DNA of 64,000 nt from an uncultured Gemmatimonadaceae bacterium (GCA_963781585.1 CAWAGQ010000005.1:382199-446198); one strand, 5' to 3'; shown: positions 20,505-31,873, counted from the stretch's first letter. Numbers and translations are program-made. Notes: a model not told the origin generated them from the letters alone.

Positions 20505-21310
20505 GACAGAACCTCCAGTATCTCCGGAAGTGGATTGCACGGCGGCGTGTCCCTCCCGGCGCCCTCGACGTGATTCCTGATGTGGAGAGCCGGGAACTCG
20601 GGAACCGGCGCGACGTGCTGGTCTATCGTCCGAGCTCCTACGATCGGACGGACGAACCCTATCCCGTCATCTACATGCACGATGGACAGAACCTGTTCGA
20701 TCCGGCCACCAGTTTTGCGGGCGAATGGGGAGTGGACGTCGCCCTCGACAAGGCACCGCGCAAGGGCCGGCGGGCGCTCATCGTCGGGATTCCCAACACC
20801 GGAATCGACCGGGTTCGCGAGTATTCGCCATTCGTGGACCCGCGACAGGGCGGCGGGCTGGGCAACGCCTATCTCGACTTCCTGGTGGGGACCGTCAAAC
20901 CCCTGGTGGACAGCCGGTATCGGACCCTTACCGACGCATATGGGACCGGAATCGCCGGGTCGTCACTGGGTGGTCTGATCAGCCTCCATGGCTTCTTCCG
21001 CCAGCCGTCGCGGTTCGGCTTCGCGGGGGTGCTGAGCCCGGCCCTCTGGTTCGCGGATGGCGCCATCTTCCACGCGGTCGAGGCGGCGCCGTATGTTCCC
21101 GGGCGCATCTATCTCGACGTGGGCGGGCGGGAGGGCGCCGGCGCAGTGCGCGATGCGCGCCGGATGCGCGATCTGCTGATCGCGAAGGGATACCGTCCGG
21201 GGAAGACATTGCTCTGGCGCGAGGATCGGACGGGGCTGCATAACGAGGCGGTGTGGGGCCGTCGGTTTCGCAGCGCCCTGCCGTTCCTGCTCAGCGGCGA
21301 CGTCACCTGA
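20501..21310 (+). CDS. Alpha/beta hydrolase (putative esterase)
   Basis: YPVIYMHDGQNLF, GSSLGG, HNEAVW; GTGA overlap with GH57 stop. Confidence 0.88.
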   Translation: MRQNLQYLRKWIARRRVPPGALDVIPDVESRELGNRRDVLVYRPSSYDRTDEPYPVIYMHDGQNLFDPATSFAGEWGVDVALDKAPRKGRRALIVGIPNTGIDRVREYSPFVDPRQGGGLGNAYLDFLVGTVKPLVDSRYRTLTDAYGTGIAGSSLGGLISLHGFFRQPSRFGFAGVLSPALWFADGAIFHAVEAAPYVPGRIYLDVGGREGAGAVRDARRMRDLLIAKGYRPGKTLLWREDRTGLHNEAVWGRRFRSALPFLLSGDVT

Positions 21311-21311
21311 C

Positions 21312-22040
21312 ATGGGAACACGGCTCCATGGGCAGCATCATGCCTGGTACAGTCTGGTGGCCGGGCGCACGATGCACGTGCGCTGGTTCGGTCACGCGGG
21401 TGCCCGGGTGATCGCCTTCCCCACGACCATGGGGAACCACAACGAATGGCCGGATCGATCCATGCCCGATGTACTCGGCGAGCACATCGAGGAGGGGTGG
21501 ATTCAGCTCTGGTGCGTGGATCACAATCACGATGCGAGCTGGTACGACAAGTCGGCCCATCCAGGTCACCGCGCCTGGTTGCACCTGCAATACGATCGCT
21601 ATCTGCACGAGGAACTCCTGCCATTCACCGCGTACATCAATGCGACCCCATTCGTGATCGTCACTGGGGCCAGTTTCGGCGCGTACCATGCGATGACATT
21701 CGGCTTGCGTCATCCGCACCTGGTTCACCGTATCATCGGGATGAGTGGCTTCTACGATATCAAGGAGATGACCGACGGGTACTCCGACGAGAACGTGTAT
21801 GCCTGCAATCCCTTCGACTTCATGCAGCACGAACACGACCCGGAGCGGCTCGACGCCTTCCGGCGGCAGGACATCATCATCGCGACCGGGCGGGGAGATC
21901 CCCACTACCAGGAGAATGCCGACTTCTCGGGCGTGCTGTGGAGCCGGGGAATCGGCAACGCCCTCCGCGTGTGGGACGGCTGGTGCCACGACTGGCCGTA
22001 CTGGGAGCAGATGATCGTGAGGTACATGGGGGGGCATTAG
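21312..22040 (+). CDS. Alpha/beta hydrolase (putative esterase)
   Basis: FGHAGARVIAFPT, GASFG, HDWPYW. Confidence 0.85.
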   Translation: MGTRLHGQHHAWYSLVAGRTMHVRWFGHAGARVIAFPTTMGNHNEWPDRSMPDVLGEHIEEGWIQLWCVDHNHDASWYDKSAHPGHRAWLHLQYDRYLHEELLPFTAYINATPFVIVTGASFGAYHAMTFGLRHPHLVHRIIGMSGFYDIKEMTDGYSDENVYACNPFDFMQHEHDPERLDAFRRQDIIIATGRGDPHYQENADFSGVLWSRGIGNALRVWDGWCHDWPYWEQMIVRYMGGH

Positions 22041-22042
22041 AG

Positions 22043-22083
22043 AGGCCACAGGCCATAGGTCATCGCTCATAGGCCATGGCCAC
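22043..22083 (+). repeat. Degenerate 7-bp tandem array (AGGCCAT-type)
   Basis: AGGCCAC AGGCCAT AGGTCAT CGCTCAT AGGCCAT right after stop codon. Confidence 0.6.
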
Positions 22084-22103
22084 ATCCGCTGCATCCACCG
22101 TTC

Positions 22104-23087
22104 ATGGAGCCCAACGCCACCATGTCGAAACGCATCGGCCTCTTCGTGGGCAGAGAGTGGTCCTGGCCGCCCGCCTTCATCGAGGAAGTGGAAAAGCGCG
22201 ACCAGGGGGTGACTGCGGAATACGCGAAGATCGGGGGCGAGCATCACGACGCGCCCTCGCCGTACGACGTCCTCATCGACCGGATTTCGCACGAGGTGCC
22301 GATGTACCGGTCGTACCTCAAGAAGGCGGTGCTGGACGGACGAACGGTGGTGAACAACCCCTTCATGTGGACGGCCGACGACAAGTTCTTCGGCGCGGCG
22401 CTGATCCGCCGCCTCGGCGTGGCGTCGCCCAGGACCGTGCTCCTGCCGAACAAGGACTACATCGAGGGCATCGTGCCGCACGAGAGTCTGCGCAACCTCC
22501 GGTATCCGCTGGACTGGAAGGAAATCGTCGCCTGGGTGGGGCTGCCGTGCGTGCTCAAGGATGCGCACGGCGGGGGCTGGAAGGAGGTGCACGTCTGCCG
22601 CTCGCTCGACGAGCTGATCCACCGCTACGATCAGTCTGGCCGGCTGACGATGATCGTGCAGGAGTTCATCGAGTGGGACCACTTCGTGCGCTGCCTGTGC
22701 ATTGGCCGGCAGGGAGTGCTGCCCATGAAGTACGACCCCGGTGCGCGGAAGTATCTGGTGGAGCACGAGCACCTCACCCCCGAGCTGGGGGCCCGCGTGG
22801 TGACCGATTCGCTGACCATTGTCCGCGCGTTAGGCTACGACATGAACTCGATCGAGTGGGCCATTCGCGATGGAATCCCCTACGCGATCGATTTCATGAA
22901 CCCGGCGCCGGACATGGACGTGTATTCGCTGACGCCGATGTACTTCGAGTGGGCGGTGGAGAAAATGGCGACGATGGCGATTCGCCTGGCGAAGACGGCA
23001 CACCTCCAGGTCGCCGAACTCCACTGGAGTCGGCTGTTCAGCCACGATGCGCATCGCAGCGCGGCGCCATCCCCGGTCGCACGATGA
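22104..23087 (+). CDS. RimK-like ATP-grasp protein
   Basis: IDRISHEVP, NNPF..ADDKF, VLKDAHGGGW, QEFI, IDFMNPAPD. Confidence 0.85.
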   Translation: MEPNATMSKRIGLFVGREWSWPPAFIEEVEKRDQGVTAEYAKIGGEHHDAPSPYDVLIDRISHEVPMYRSYLKKAVLDGRTVVNNPFMWTADDKFFGAALIRRLGVASPRTVLLPNKDYIEGIVPHESLRNLRYPLDWKEIVAWVGLPCVLKDAHGGGWKEVHVCRSLDELIHRYDQSGRLTMIVQEFIEWDHFVRCLCIGRQGVLPMKYDPGARKYLVEHEHLTPELGARVVTDSLTIVRALGYDMNSIEWAIRDGIPYAIDFMNPAPDMDVYSLTPMYFEWAVEKMATMAIRLAKTAHLQVAELHWSRLFSHDAHRSAAPSPVAR

Positions 23088-23196
23088 TCCACCGCGGACG
23101 GGCGGTGATCAGGAGTCGCCGGTGGGCTGACGTGACGGCGCGCAGGAGGCATCGCGTCGGAAGCAGGATCGTACCGCCTTTGTCCCGCTGCCCGCC

Positions 23197-24546
23197 GTGC
23201 TGCACGACGCCATAGCGCGATACCACGACCTGCTGACGCCGGAGCTGGCGGAGGCATCAGCCGAGCACCTGGACCATGCGCTGCGCCGGCATGGGCTGGT
23301 GTTCGGCGACCGGCCACTGTGCACGGTGCTGCGGCCGCGTCTGCTGACCGCCGAAGCCTATCGGCGACTCCAGGGGCGCATCGTGCCGCTCATGCGGGCG
23401 TTTCGCGCCGCGCACGAACGGGCAATGATCGACCGCGGGTTCCGGACGCAGTTCCGGCTCGGGGAGTGGGAAGAAGCACTCCTCGCCGCAGACCCCCGGT
23501 TCGATGCGCCAAGCCCGACCTCGCGGCTCGACTTCTTCTACGCGCCCGATACGGACGTCCTGGGCCTGACGGAGTACAATGCCGAGACGCCGGCTGGTGC
23601 GGCCTATAGCGACGCGCTGGCAGAGGTCTTTCTCGATCTGCCGGCGATGCGCGCTTTCGCCGCGGACTACGAGATCCTGCCGGTGCCCTGTCGGCAGGGT
23701 GTGATCGGCGCACTGCTGGACGCCTACTATCAGTTCGCCGGCTCGCGCGATCGTCCGCGGATCGCGATCCTCGATTGGCACGACGTGCCCACGCGTACGG
23801 AGTTCGAGTTGTACGCCGAGCACTTCCTGGCCCTTGGAATCGAGTGCGTGATCGGTGACCCGCGCCAGGCGGACTATCGACAGGGACAATTGTGGATCGG
23901 TGGGACCCCGGTCACCCTGATCTACAAGCGGGTGCTGATCAGCGAGCTGGTGACCCGGTGCGGGCTCGACTCGCCGGTGGTGCGGGCGGTCCGGGACGGC
24001 GCGGTGTGCATGGTGGACGGATTCCGCTGCAAGATCCTGCACAAGAAGGCGAGCCTCGCGGTGCTGAGCGACGAACGGAACGCGCATCTGTTCGGGGCTG
24101 CCGAGCGGCGGGCCATCGCCGACTGCATCCCGTGGACCCGGGTGGTCGAAGAGCGCCACACGACCTGCCGGGACGAGGCGGTGGACCTGGTGCCGTTCAT
24201 CATCCGTGAGCGGGAGCGCTTCGTGCTCAAGCCTAACGATGATTACGGAGGGCGGGGAATCACCTTGGGCTGGCGCGTGGACGGGAGCCAGTGGGAGGCG
24301 GCGGTCCGCAACGCGCTGGCCGAGCCGTTCATCGTCCAGGAACAGGTGGCCGTGCCATCGGAACCGTATCCCGGCTGGGTCGACGGCCGGCTGCAGATTC
24401 TCGAGCGGCAGTACGATACCGCGCCGTTCATCACCAACGGTGCCTACATGGAGGGCATGCTGGCGCGGCTGTCGACCGACACGCTGCTCAACGTGACCGC
24501 CGGCGGCGGGAGCACGGTGCCCACGTTCCTGGTGGAGAAGCGGTGA
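23197..24546 (+). CDS. Circularly permuted ATP-grasp ligase
   Basis: [43 protein letters not shown]. Confidence 0.85.
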   Translation: MLHDAIARYHDLLTPELAEASAEHLDHALRRHGLVFGDRPLCTVLRPRLLTAEAYRRLQGRIVPLMRAFRAAHERAMIDRGFRTQFRLGEWEEALLAADPRFDAPSPTSRLDFFYAPDTDVLGLTEYNAETPAGAAYSDALAEVFLDLPAMRAFAADYEILPVPCRQGVIGALLDAYYQFAGSRDRPRIAILDWHDVPTRTEFELYAEHFLALGIECVIGDPRQADYRQGQLWIGGTPVTLIYKRVLISELVTRCGLDSPVVRAVRDGAVCMVDGFRCKILHKKASLAVLSDERNAHLFGAAERRAIADCIPWTRVVEERHTTCRDEAVDLVPFIIRERERFVLKPNDDYGGRGITLGWRVDGSQWEAAVRNALAEPFIVQEQVAVPSEPYPGWVDGRLQILERQYDTAPFITNGAYMEGMLARLSTDTLLNVTAGGGSTVPTFLVEKR

Positions 24547-24724
24547 GGGGGACCGGCGGCCCCGGCCGGCACGGCGGCCACAGGCCCGGCATGGCACCGG
24601 CGTGGCCCTTCGCCGTCCGCCGACGCCGCGCTCCGGGATCCGGAGGTTACGCCGGCCCACCGGCGAGGTTGATCCGTCGGCCGCGCCGCGCCATGATGGC
24701 GTCTCCCCTGCCCGACACCTCCGC

Positions 24725-25933
24725 ATGAACCGCCCAAGCCTGACGATCGGGGTCGAAGAGGAATACCAGATCATCGATCCCCGCACCCGGGAGCTGCAGT
24801 CGTACATCACGCAGATTCTCGAGGCCGATCACCTGATCATGGGACAGGTGAAGCCCGAGCTGCACCAGTCGATCGTGGAAGTGGGCACCAACGTCTGTCA
24901 CACACCCGGCGCCGTGCGCGACCAACTGCTCGCGCTCCGGCGCGGCGTGATGGAACTGGCGGCCAGGAACGGACTCAAGATCGCGGCCGCCGGAACGCAT
25001 CCGTTCTCGCACTGGGCCGAGCAGGAGATCACGCCGCTGGAACGCTACATCGGCACGCGTGAGGCGATGGCGCAGCTTGCCCAGCAACTCCTGATCTTCG
25101 GCACGCACGTGCACATCGGCATCGAGGATCGCGATTTCCTGATCGACTGCGCGAACGTCTCGCGCTATGTCCTCCCCCATATCCTCTGCCTCTCCACCAG
25201 CTCGCCCTTCTGGATCGGACGCAACACCGGCCTCAAGTCGTATCGGAGTGCCATCTTCCGCGCGTTCCCGCGCACCGGCATCCCGCCCTTCCTCGCTTCC
25301 TGGAACGACTACCAGGCCTACCTCCGCACCCTGGTCGCCACCGGTTGCGTCCCCGACGGGTCGAAGATCTGGTGGGACGTGCGCCCGCATCACCAGTTCC
25401 CGACTCTCGAATTCCGGGTGTGCGATGTCTGCACCCGCGTCGAGGAAGCGGTGTGCATTGCCGCCATCCTGCAGGCGCTGGTGTTCAAGCTGTGGAAGAT
25501 GCGCCGGGACAACGTCACCTTCCGCATCTATCCCGCCGAACTGATCGAAGAGAACAAGTGGCGCGCCGTACGCTACGGTCTCGATGGCAAGCTGATCGAC
25601 TTCGGCCGCGAAACGGAACTGCCCGCCCCCGCGCTGATTCGCGAGTTTCTCGACTGGTTCCTGGGCGACGTGGTCGATGAGCTTGGAAGCCGGCGGGAAG
25701 TGGAATACGCCCAGCACATTCTGGAGCACGGCTCCAGTGCGGATCGCCAACTGGCTACCTTCGGGGAGACGGGGAGTCTGCAGGCGGTGGTGGACCGGCT
25801 CATCACCGAGACGGAGGAAGGCGTTCACCCACCGCACGAGCCGGCAGGCGCCGTGAAGGACACCCACTATCGCGCGGTTTCGCAGTCCAGGCCCGAGGCG
25901 CTCGCTCCCGAGATCGGGCCGCCGCCGAGCTGA
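24725..25933 (+). CDS. Carboxylate-amine ligase, GCS2/YbdK family
   Basis: [50 protein letters not shown]. Confidence 0.92.
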   Translation: MNRPSLTIGVEEEYQIIDPRTRELQSYITQILEADHLIMGQVKPELHQSIVEVGTNVCHTPGAVRDQLLALRRGVMELAARNGLKIAAAGTHPFSHWAEQEITPLERYIGTREAMAQLAQQLLIFGTHVHIGIEDRDFLIDCANVSRYVLPHILCLSTSSPFWIGRNTGLKSYRSAIFRAFPRTGIPPFLASWNDYQAYLRTLVATGCVPDGSKIWWDVRPHHQFPTLEFRVCDVCTRVEEAVCIAAILQALVFKLWKMRRDNVTFRIYPAELIEENKWRAVRYGLDGKLIDFGRETELPAPALIREFLDWFLGDVVDELGSRREVEYAQHILEHGSSADRQLATFGETGSLQAVVDRLITETEEGVHPPHEPAGAVKDTHYRAVSQSRPEALAPEIGPPPS

Positions 25934-25947
25934 CGGCACACGCAGTC

Positions 25948-26721
25948 ATGCGACCGATTATCGGAGTCACCACCCAGACGCTGCAGGCGATCGATGGCAT
26001 TCCCCCCGGACTGCCCGCGTCGGTGGTGATGAATCAGCGATACTATGACGCCGTGGCCGACGCCGGTGGAGCACCCATCCTCATTCCCCTGTTTGACGAT
26101 GCCACCGACGTGTTGCGCGGCGTGTACGACGTGTGCGACGGGATCCTCATCCCCGGGGGCGTGGACATGCACCCGGCCTGTTTCGGTGAGGCTCCCCATG
26201 AGCGCCTCGGCCGCACGGACCAGGTCAGGGATCGGGTGGAACTGCAACTCACGCGGTGGGCCATCGACAACGGAAAACCGCTGCTGGGACTGTGCCGCGG
26301 ACTGCAGGTGATCAATGTGGCGCTCGGGGGCACGCTCTATCAGGATCTGGGGACGGAGCGCGCCGGCTCCATTCGCCACGACTACTTCCCGACCCACGGT
26401 TACACGCGCGACTACCTGGCGCACGAGGTCGCACTCCACAGCGGCACGCGGCTGTTCGAGGCGATGGGCCGTGATCGGATCGCGGTCAACAGCATGCACC
26501 ACCAGGGCATCAAGGACCTTTCTCCCACGCTCGTCCCGGCGGCCACTGCGCCCGATGGGCTGGTGGAAGGAGTGGAGGGGCCGGGCGATCAGTACCTGGT
26601 GGGTGTGCAGTGGCACCCCGAGGTGTTCGAGTCCGCCGACGCGCATACACGGCGCCTGTTCGAGAGCTTCCTGGCAGCCAGCCGCACCTTCCGCGATCGG
26701 AGCGTCGCACGAACCGCGTGA
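25948..26721 (+). CDS. Gamma-glutamyl-GABA hydrolase-like (peptidase C26, class I GATase)
   Basis: GLCRGLQVINVALGGTL, VNSMHHQG, GVQWHPE. Confidence 0.92.
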   Translation: MRPIIGVTTQTLQAIDGIPPGLPASVVMNQRYYDAVADAGGAPILIPLFDDATDVLRGVYDVCDGILIPGGVDMHPACFGEAPHERLGRTDQVRDRVELQLTRWAIDNGKPLLGLCRGLQVINVALGGTLYQDLGTERAGSIRHDYFPTHGYTRDYLAHEVALHSGTRLFEAMGRDRIAVNSMHHQGIKDLSPTLVPAATAPDGLVEGVEGPGDQYLVGVQWHPEVFESADAHTRRLFESFLAASRTFRDRSVARTA

Positions 26722-27462
26722 GGAGCGCGGTGCTGGTCGCGACGCTGGCGTTGTCGCTCCCGGGCTGCACGCGCGGCCTGCGGCTGGTGGACGAGTCCGG
26801 GGCGCGGGTGGTCATCACCGGTGGTCCGTGGGCGAGCATGGTCTATCTGGCGGCCACCGATAGCGGCGTGATCGCCATCGACCTGGGCTGGGGTGGGGCG
26901 GAGCGGAAGATGCGGCAGGCGCTGACCGAGCTTGGCGCCACCCCTTCCGACGTGCGCTATGTCTTCCTCACCCACGCGCATCGTGATCATACCGCCGCCT
27001 GGCGCATCGTGCGTGGTGCCACGTTCGTACTCGGCGTGGCGGAGGTGCCGTTCTTCACGGGAACGGCCCGGTATCGCGGGCTGCTGCCGCGTATTGGCGA
27101 TCGCCTGGTGCCGTACCCGCGGGCCGCAACCCGGCGAGCTGCACGTGCTGGCGTTAGGCGCGGACACGGCATTCGCCTTCGGTCGCGACACCGTCCTGGC
27201 CTTCGGCGTGCCGGGTCACACCGCGGGCAGCACCGCGTACCTGATGCGGAGCGTCCTGTTCGCGGGCGACGCGATCAACTGGCGGCCGTGGACCGGGTTT
27301 CGCGGGGCGCGTCCCGAGTTCTCGGATGATGTGGCGCGGAGCCGGGCCAGCATGCGAGCGCTCTGGCTGCGCGTGGATTCGTCGCGCGTGCACGTGGCGT
27401 GCAGCGCCCACGCCAAGTGTGGCCGCGTGACAGCGGCGGTTCGTGAGGCGACCAGCCGGTAG
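26718..27462 (+). CDS. MBL-fold metallo-hydrolase lipoprotein, frameshifted at ~27122
   Basis: THAHRDH in the first frame; PGHTAGS, FAGDAI and SAH in the second; an extra G in CGGGCCG. Confidence 0.75.
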
Positions 27463-27596
27463 GCGGGCGGACAACGTACCGACGGCCAGCCGAGGCACAC
27501 CGTGCGCGCGAATTGCCACCCGGCAGCGCGGGCACTGCGGTTCAACCTCCGGGAGACCGTGCGGAGGAGCCACACAGACGGTTCCGGGTTGACCGT

Positions 27597-29318
27597 CTAC
27601 TTCGGCCGCCGGGTCCGCAGGGTCCGTGCGGAGATCTCGCCTTGGCCGAGGGTGATCTGCGTGATGTGCACCGTGCGATCGTTGGCACGCACCGTCTCCA
27701 CCTCGATCGGGATCCTGGTGGGGACATTGCAGAACACCACGATGCCCCTGGCGTCGGTGCGTGATTGCTGCCCGGGGAACCTCACGCTGGCGGGCTCCGA
27801 CTCGGCCACGTCGGGAGCCGTCCAGTGAACCCAGACCCCCATCGTATCGAGCGGCGCATTCCGATCGGCATCGATCATCGTCAGGTGCAGCGTGCCATGT
27901 CCCCTGGCCGGCGTCTTGCCGTCACACAACCGTGCCGCAATCTCCGACGTGGTCGCCGCGCGGAGCGTGATGCGCTGCGTTTCCCCCTCGTCGAGCGAGA
28001 CCGTCTCGTCGGCCGCCGGCATGCCGAGCGCGGAATACGCCGCGTGTTCGGCAATGATCGTGTGACTCCCGGCGGGCAGGCTGTCGAGCCGGAAGCGCCC
28101 CGCGCTGTCGACCGCGGTGGTGAACGGCGTTCCCGCCAGGCGCACGGTGGCACCGGCCAGCGGCGCTCCGGTGCTGTCGACGACCACGCCAGCTATGGTA
28201 GCCGGCTTCTCGAAGATGCGGATGCCCTCGGCGTAGACGTCGCCGCCTTCCTCGATGAGACGGTAGATTCCGGGGCGGATCAGGACGGTGGGCATGCGCG
28301 GATCGACTCCCACCGGCGCGTCGCTGTAGTGGGCGAACTGCGGCATGCGAATGAACCACCGCCGCACGATCCAGGCACCGCTCTTGAGTCGAGCGAAGTG
28401 CACTTCGCCGCCCACGTGTGACGTATCTCCGGAGGTCTGGAGACGCGTGTAGTGGAACTCCACCAGGCGAAGCTCGAAGGTCTTGGCATCGAGCCAGATC
28501 GTGCCGCGCACATCCGGGAGCTGGCGGGTCTTCACCGGTTCGAACGCGATGCCGACCATCCCACGCCGGTCCCGGCCACCGTTGACCGATGTGTAGCAAT
28601 GGTCGCGCAGGAAGGCGTCCGACCTGAGCACGTCGGCGTCGGGCGCATTGAAGATGGTGGAACCGTCCGGCATTTCGCGCCAGTAACCCACCTTGGAGAG
28701 CGAGTCGCCGCTCAATCCGGAGAATCCCTTGTCCAGGATTCCCTTCATGTCGGAGCGGCTCTCGCTCAGCACGCGAAGATTTCGGGGATCGAGTTCGCGC
28801 ACGTAGCGCGAGATGCGGCCATTGAAGAGCCGGTCGCGGAGCGAGATCTGGGTGGCGGTGAGCGCCGTATGTGCCTCGTCCCAGAGCGACGCGACTTGCT
28901 CCGCCTGATTCGAGCGCGTCAGACAGAGCGAGCTGGCCGCCGAAACGACGACTTCGGGCAGCGTGTACAGCACCGCATCGAGCTCGACGTCGATCCGTTG
29001 CGTCTCGCCGGAACTGAGGGCGAGGACCGGTGAGACGAAGCGGCGTACCCCGATGCGTTTCGCCGTCACGACGTATTGTCCGGGGCCAGGTGCCTTCACC
29101 GAATACTCACCGCGCTCATTGGTGAGAACGGACGCCAGCACGACCGGCGGTGCCTGAGAACCGGCAATCGGCGGACGTTCCAGCGACACCAGAACTCCCG
29201 ACAGCGCCAGCGAGGATGCGCGCTCGGTTACCGTGCCGCGCACCAGCTGGGCCGCAGCCGGTGCGGCCGGTGCGCAGAGGGCGAGGATGACGAGGAGTCT
29301 CGGCAACCGTTGGTTCAT
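27597..29318 (-). CDS. Secreted protein with carboxypeptidase-regulatory-like domains
   Basis: Signal peptide (PAAA|QLVRGTV); repeated GVVVDSTGAPLAGATV...GRFRLDSLPAG Ig-like units. Confidence 0.75.
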   Translation of the reverse strand: MNQRLPRLLVILALCAPAAPAAAQLVRGTVTERASSLALSGVLVSLERPPIAGSQAPPVVLASVLTNERGEYSVKAPGPGQYVVTAKRIGVRRFVSPVLALSSGETQRIDVELDAVLYTLPEVVVSAASSLCLTRSNQAEQVASLWDEAHTALTATQISLRDRLFNGRISRYVRELDPRNLRVLSESRSDMKGILDKGFSGLSGDSLSKVGYWREMPDGSTIFNAPDADVLRSDAFLRDHCYTSVNGGRDRRGMVGIAFEPVKTRQLPDVRGTIWLDAKTFELRLVEFHYTRLQTSGDTSHVGGEVHFARLKSGAWIVRRWFIRMPQFAHYSDAPVGVDPRMPTVLIRPGIYRLIEEGGDVYAEGIRIFEKPATIAGVVVDSTGAPLAGATVRLAGTPFTTAVDSAGRFRLDSLPAGSHTIIAEHAAYSALGMPAADETVSLDEGETQRITLRAATTSEIAARLCDGKTPARGHGTLHLTMIDADRNAPLDTMGVWVHWTAPDVAESEPASVRFPGQQSRTDARGIVVFCNVPTRIPIEVETVRANDRTVHITQITLGQGEISARTLRTRRPK

Positions 29319-29597
29319 GGAATCCCGTCGGCCGGCGATGAGAGTCACGACTTTCAGCGGCGACGCGACGGTGCCGCACAGATCGCCCCTCGCCGCGTCC
29401 ACATGGCTCCGCCGCGCACGCCAGCCAATGGGTCACACTGTCCCAAATGGCGGCGGACCGCAAGCCGTCGACCACTTCTTCATCGAGAATTCATCTTCGT
29501 GTAATCCATCCCTCATGACGGCGTCACCTGCCGGGTGAACAATGACGGAGAGCGCGATGGGCGCTTGTGCCTGCTCACCCTGGCTTCGGAGATCACC

Positions 29598-30296
29598 ATG
29601 CATCTCACGCTGCCCGAATCGGTTCACCCGCATGCCCGCGGTCCGGGCTGGGTGGTCGTGAGCGCCGCCGGTCACACGACGCTCCTGATCCTGCTGTTCG
29701 CGGCGCACGCGCGCCCCTCCAGCGCGGCCGCGGCTCCTCCGGAGGTGGTGCCCATCCAGTTCGCGGCGCTTCACCGGCCCGAGCCCACTCCCAGGACGGC
29801 GTTGTCCACGCCGGCGGCCCTGCCGCCCCGGGCTCCGACCGTCCCCAGCCTGCCCGTACCATCCGTGATCCTGCCAACGCTGCCGGAGCCATCCATCCGG
29901 GCCCCGGCGCTCGATCCTTCAGGCCACGGAATCGGGTCACCCATCGGCTTCGGGGATCCCGGTATATCGCCGGCCCCGTCGCTCCCGTCCGGCGGGGTGT
30001 TCGACGCGAGCGCCGTCGATCGGGCGGTGGAGCCCATTCGCGGGAACCCCACGCCGCAATACCCGCCGGCGCTCTCGTCCGCCGGCTTCGAGGGCAGCGT
30101 GACGGTGCGCTTCGTGGTGGATACGTTAGGCACCGTGGAGCGGGGCTCGGTGACCGTGATACGTTCGAGCCACGCCCTGCTCGAGCAGTCGGTGCGCGAG
30201 GCACTCATCCGCATGCGGTTCCTTCCGGCCGAAGCGCGCGGCAGGAAGGTGCGACAGCTGGTGGAACAGTCGTTCCAGTTTACCATCAGGCGCTAG
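29598..30296 (+). CDS. Energy transducer TonB
   Basis: SAAGH TM motif, Pro-rich linker, YPPAL..AGFEGSVTVRFVVD, FLPAEARG C-terminal domain. Confidence 0.88.
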   Translation: MHLTLPESVHPHARGPGWVVVSAAGHTTLLILLFAAHARPSSAAAAPPEVVPIQFAALHRPEPTPRTALSTPAALPPRAPTVPSLPVPSVILPTLPEPSIRAPALDPSGHGIGSPIGFGDPGISPAPSLPSGGVFDASAVDRAVEPIRGNPTPQYPPALSSAGFEGSVTVRFVVDTLGTVERGSVTVIRSSHALLEQSVREALIRMRFLPAEARGRKVRQLVEQSFQFTIRR

Positions 30297-30348
30297 CCTC
30301 CACGGTCCCGGCGGTACATTGGGGAGCATTCCCTCAGCCATCGTGCCC

Positions 30349-31308
30349 ATGTTCACGCTCTCGCTTCGCGAATTCGAGGCAACGCGCGCCCGCATCGCGC
30401 CGCACATCTACCGCACGCCGTTGCTCGGATCGCGCCAGTTGAGCGAACTCTCCGGGTACGAGGTCCGTCTCAAGGCGGAGCTGTTCCAGCGTGTGGGGTC
30501 GTACAAGATCCGCGGCCCACTCAACAAGTTCGCCCTCATGCCCGAGGAGCAGAAACGGCGCGGCGTGGTGTGCTCGTCGGCGGGGAATCACGCGCAGGGG
30601 GTGGCGCTGGCGGCACGGATCCACGGGATTCGCGCCGTGGTCTGCATGGCGGAGAACGCCACCCCCTCGAAGATCGCGGCCACCCGTGGCTACGGCGCCG
30701 AAGTCGTGCTCCACGGCACCATCTGGGACGAGGCCGACGAGAAGGCCAGGGAACTGGTGCGCACCGAGGGCCTGACCTACGTCCACCCCTTCGACGACGA
30801 ACAACTCATCGCCGGACAGGGCACCCTGGGGCTCGAGATCGTGCAGGACTGGCCCGAGGTGGACGTGGTGGTGGTGCCGATCGGCGGCGGGGGTCTCATC
30901 TCCGGCGTCTCCATGGCGGTGAAAGCCCGCAATCCGGGTGCGCGAGTGATCGGCGTGGAGTCGTCGGACGGACCGGCCATGAAGGAAAGCATCCGGGCAG
31001 GGAAACTCGTGACCATCGACTGCAACACGATCATCGACGGTCTGCGGGTGAAACGGGTGGGGGAACTCAACTTCTCGGTGGTGCAGCGCTTCGTCGACGA
31101 CATCGTCGCGCTTCCCGATCGCGACATCTTCGACGCGATGATCTGGGTGATGGAACGATGCAAGCTGGTGGTGGAGGGCGCCGCGGCGGCGCCCGTCGCG
31201 GCGCTGTTGCACGGGCTGATCAAAGCGCCGCCGGGATCACGCGTGGCGGCCGTGCTGTCCGGCGGAAATCTGAATCTCGATCAGTTGCGCGGATTGAAGT
31301 GGAACTGA
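30349..31308 (+). CDS. PLP-dependent threonine/serine dehydratase (no ACT domain)
   Basis: KAELFQRVGSYKIRG, SAGNHAQG, PIGGGGLISG, LSGGN. Confidence 0.92.
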   Translation: MFTLSLREFEATRARIAPHIYRTPLLGSRQLSELSGYEVRLKAELFQRVGSYKIRGPLNKFALMPEEQKRRGVVCSSAGNHAQGVALAARIHGIRAVVCMAENATPSKIAATRGYGAEVVLHGTIWDEADEKARELVRTEGLTYVHPFDDEQLIAGQGTLGLEIVQDWPEVDVVVVPIGGGGLISGVSMAVKARNPGARVIGVESSDGPAMKESIRAGKLVTIDCNTIIDGLRVKRVGELNFSVVQRFVDDIVALPDRDIFDAMIWVMERCKLVVEGAAAAPVAALLHGLIKAPPGSRVAAVLSGGNLNLDQLRGLKWN

Positions 31309-31347
31309 CCGGTAATCAGCAGCGGGCGGGCCACATGGCTCCTCCGC

Positions 31348-31707
31348 TCAGCTCGCAGCCGCGGCGCTTGCCTCTGCTGACTGGCGGCGCACCTCTGCCG
31401 CCACCGTTGCGGCGACACTCGATGACGACATCCCGGACTCGCCCGCCAGCGACGTCAGCCCCAGTCCAAGCCCTTTGAGCGGATTCTTCCACAGTAGCGT
31501 GCCGGTAAGTGGGTCGAGACAGTAGACCTCGCCCCCGCAGGTCGCGAAGAGCACGTCGGCGTCCCGGAACACGCACACGAACGCCGATGAGCGAGCCATC
31601 GAACCCCGCAGTAGGGTGCGCCAAGCCTCGCTGCCGTCTCGACGGTCGAGCGCGACGACGGTTCCCTTGATGCCGATGTACACGAGGCCGTGAGTGGGAC
31701 GCGGCAT
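31348..31707 (-). CDS. Small PQQ-like beta-propeller repeat protein
   Basis: VVALDRRDGSEAW and VYCLDPLTGTLLW repeats; GGAG RBS. Confidence 0.75.
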   Translation of the reverse strand: MPRPTHGLVYIGIKGTVVALDRRDGSEAWRTLLRGSMARSSAFVCVFRDADVLFATCGGEVYCLDPLTGTLLWKNPLKGLGLGLTSLAGESGMSSSSVAATVAAEVRRQSAEASAAAAS

Positions 31708-31873
31708 GGGCAGGTCTCCTGGATGCGCCGCCAGCGCGTGACGGCAATGGCGTTCGGGATATGTCGCCTGGTGCGACGGGTGAGGCCGATCACAGCCGGC
31801 GCGCCGCTCTCGCGCCGGCGCCAGCCGCGCTCTATCGTATCGTCAGGTCCGCGGCTTCCTCCAGAGGTCGGTC

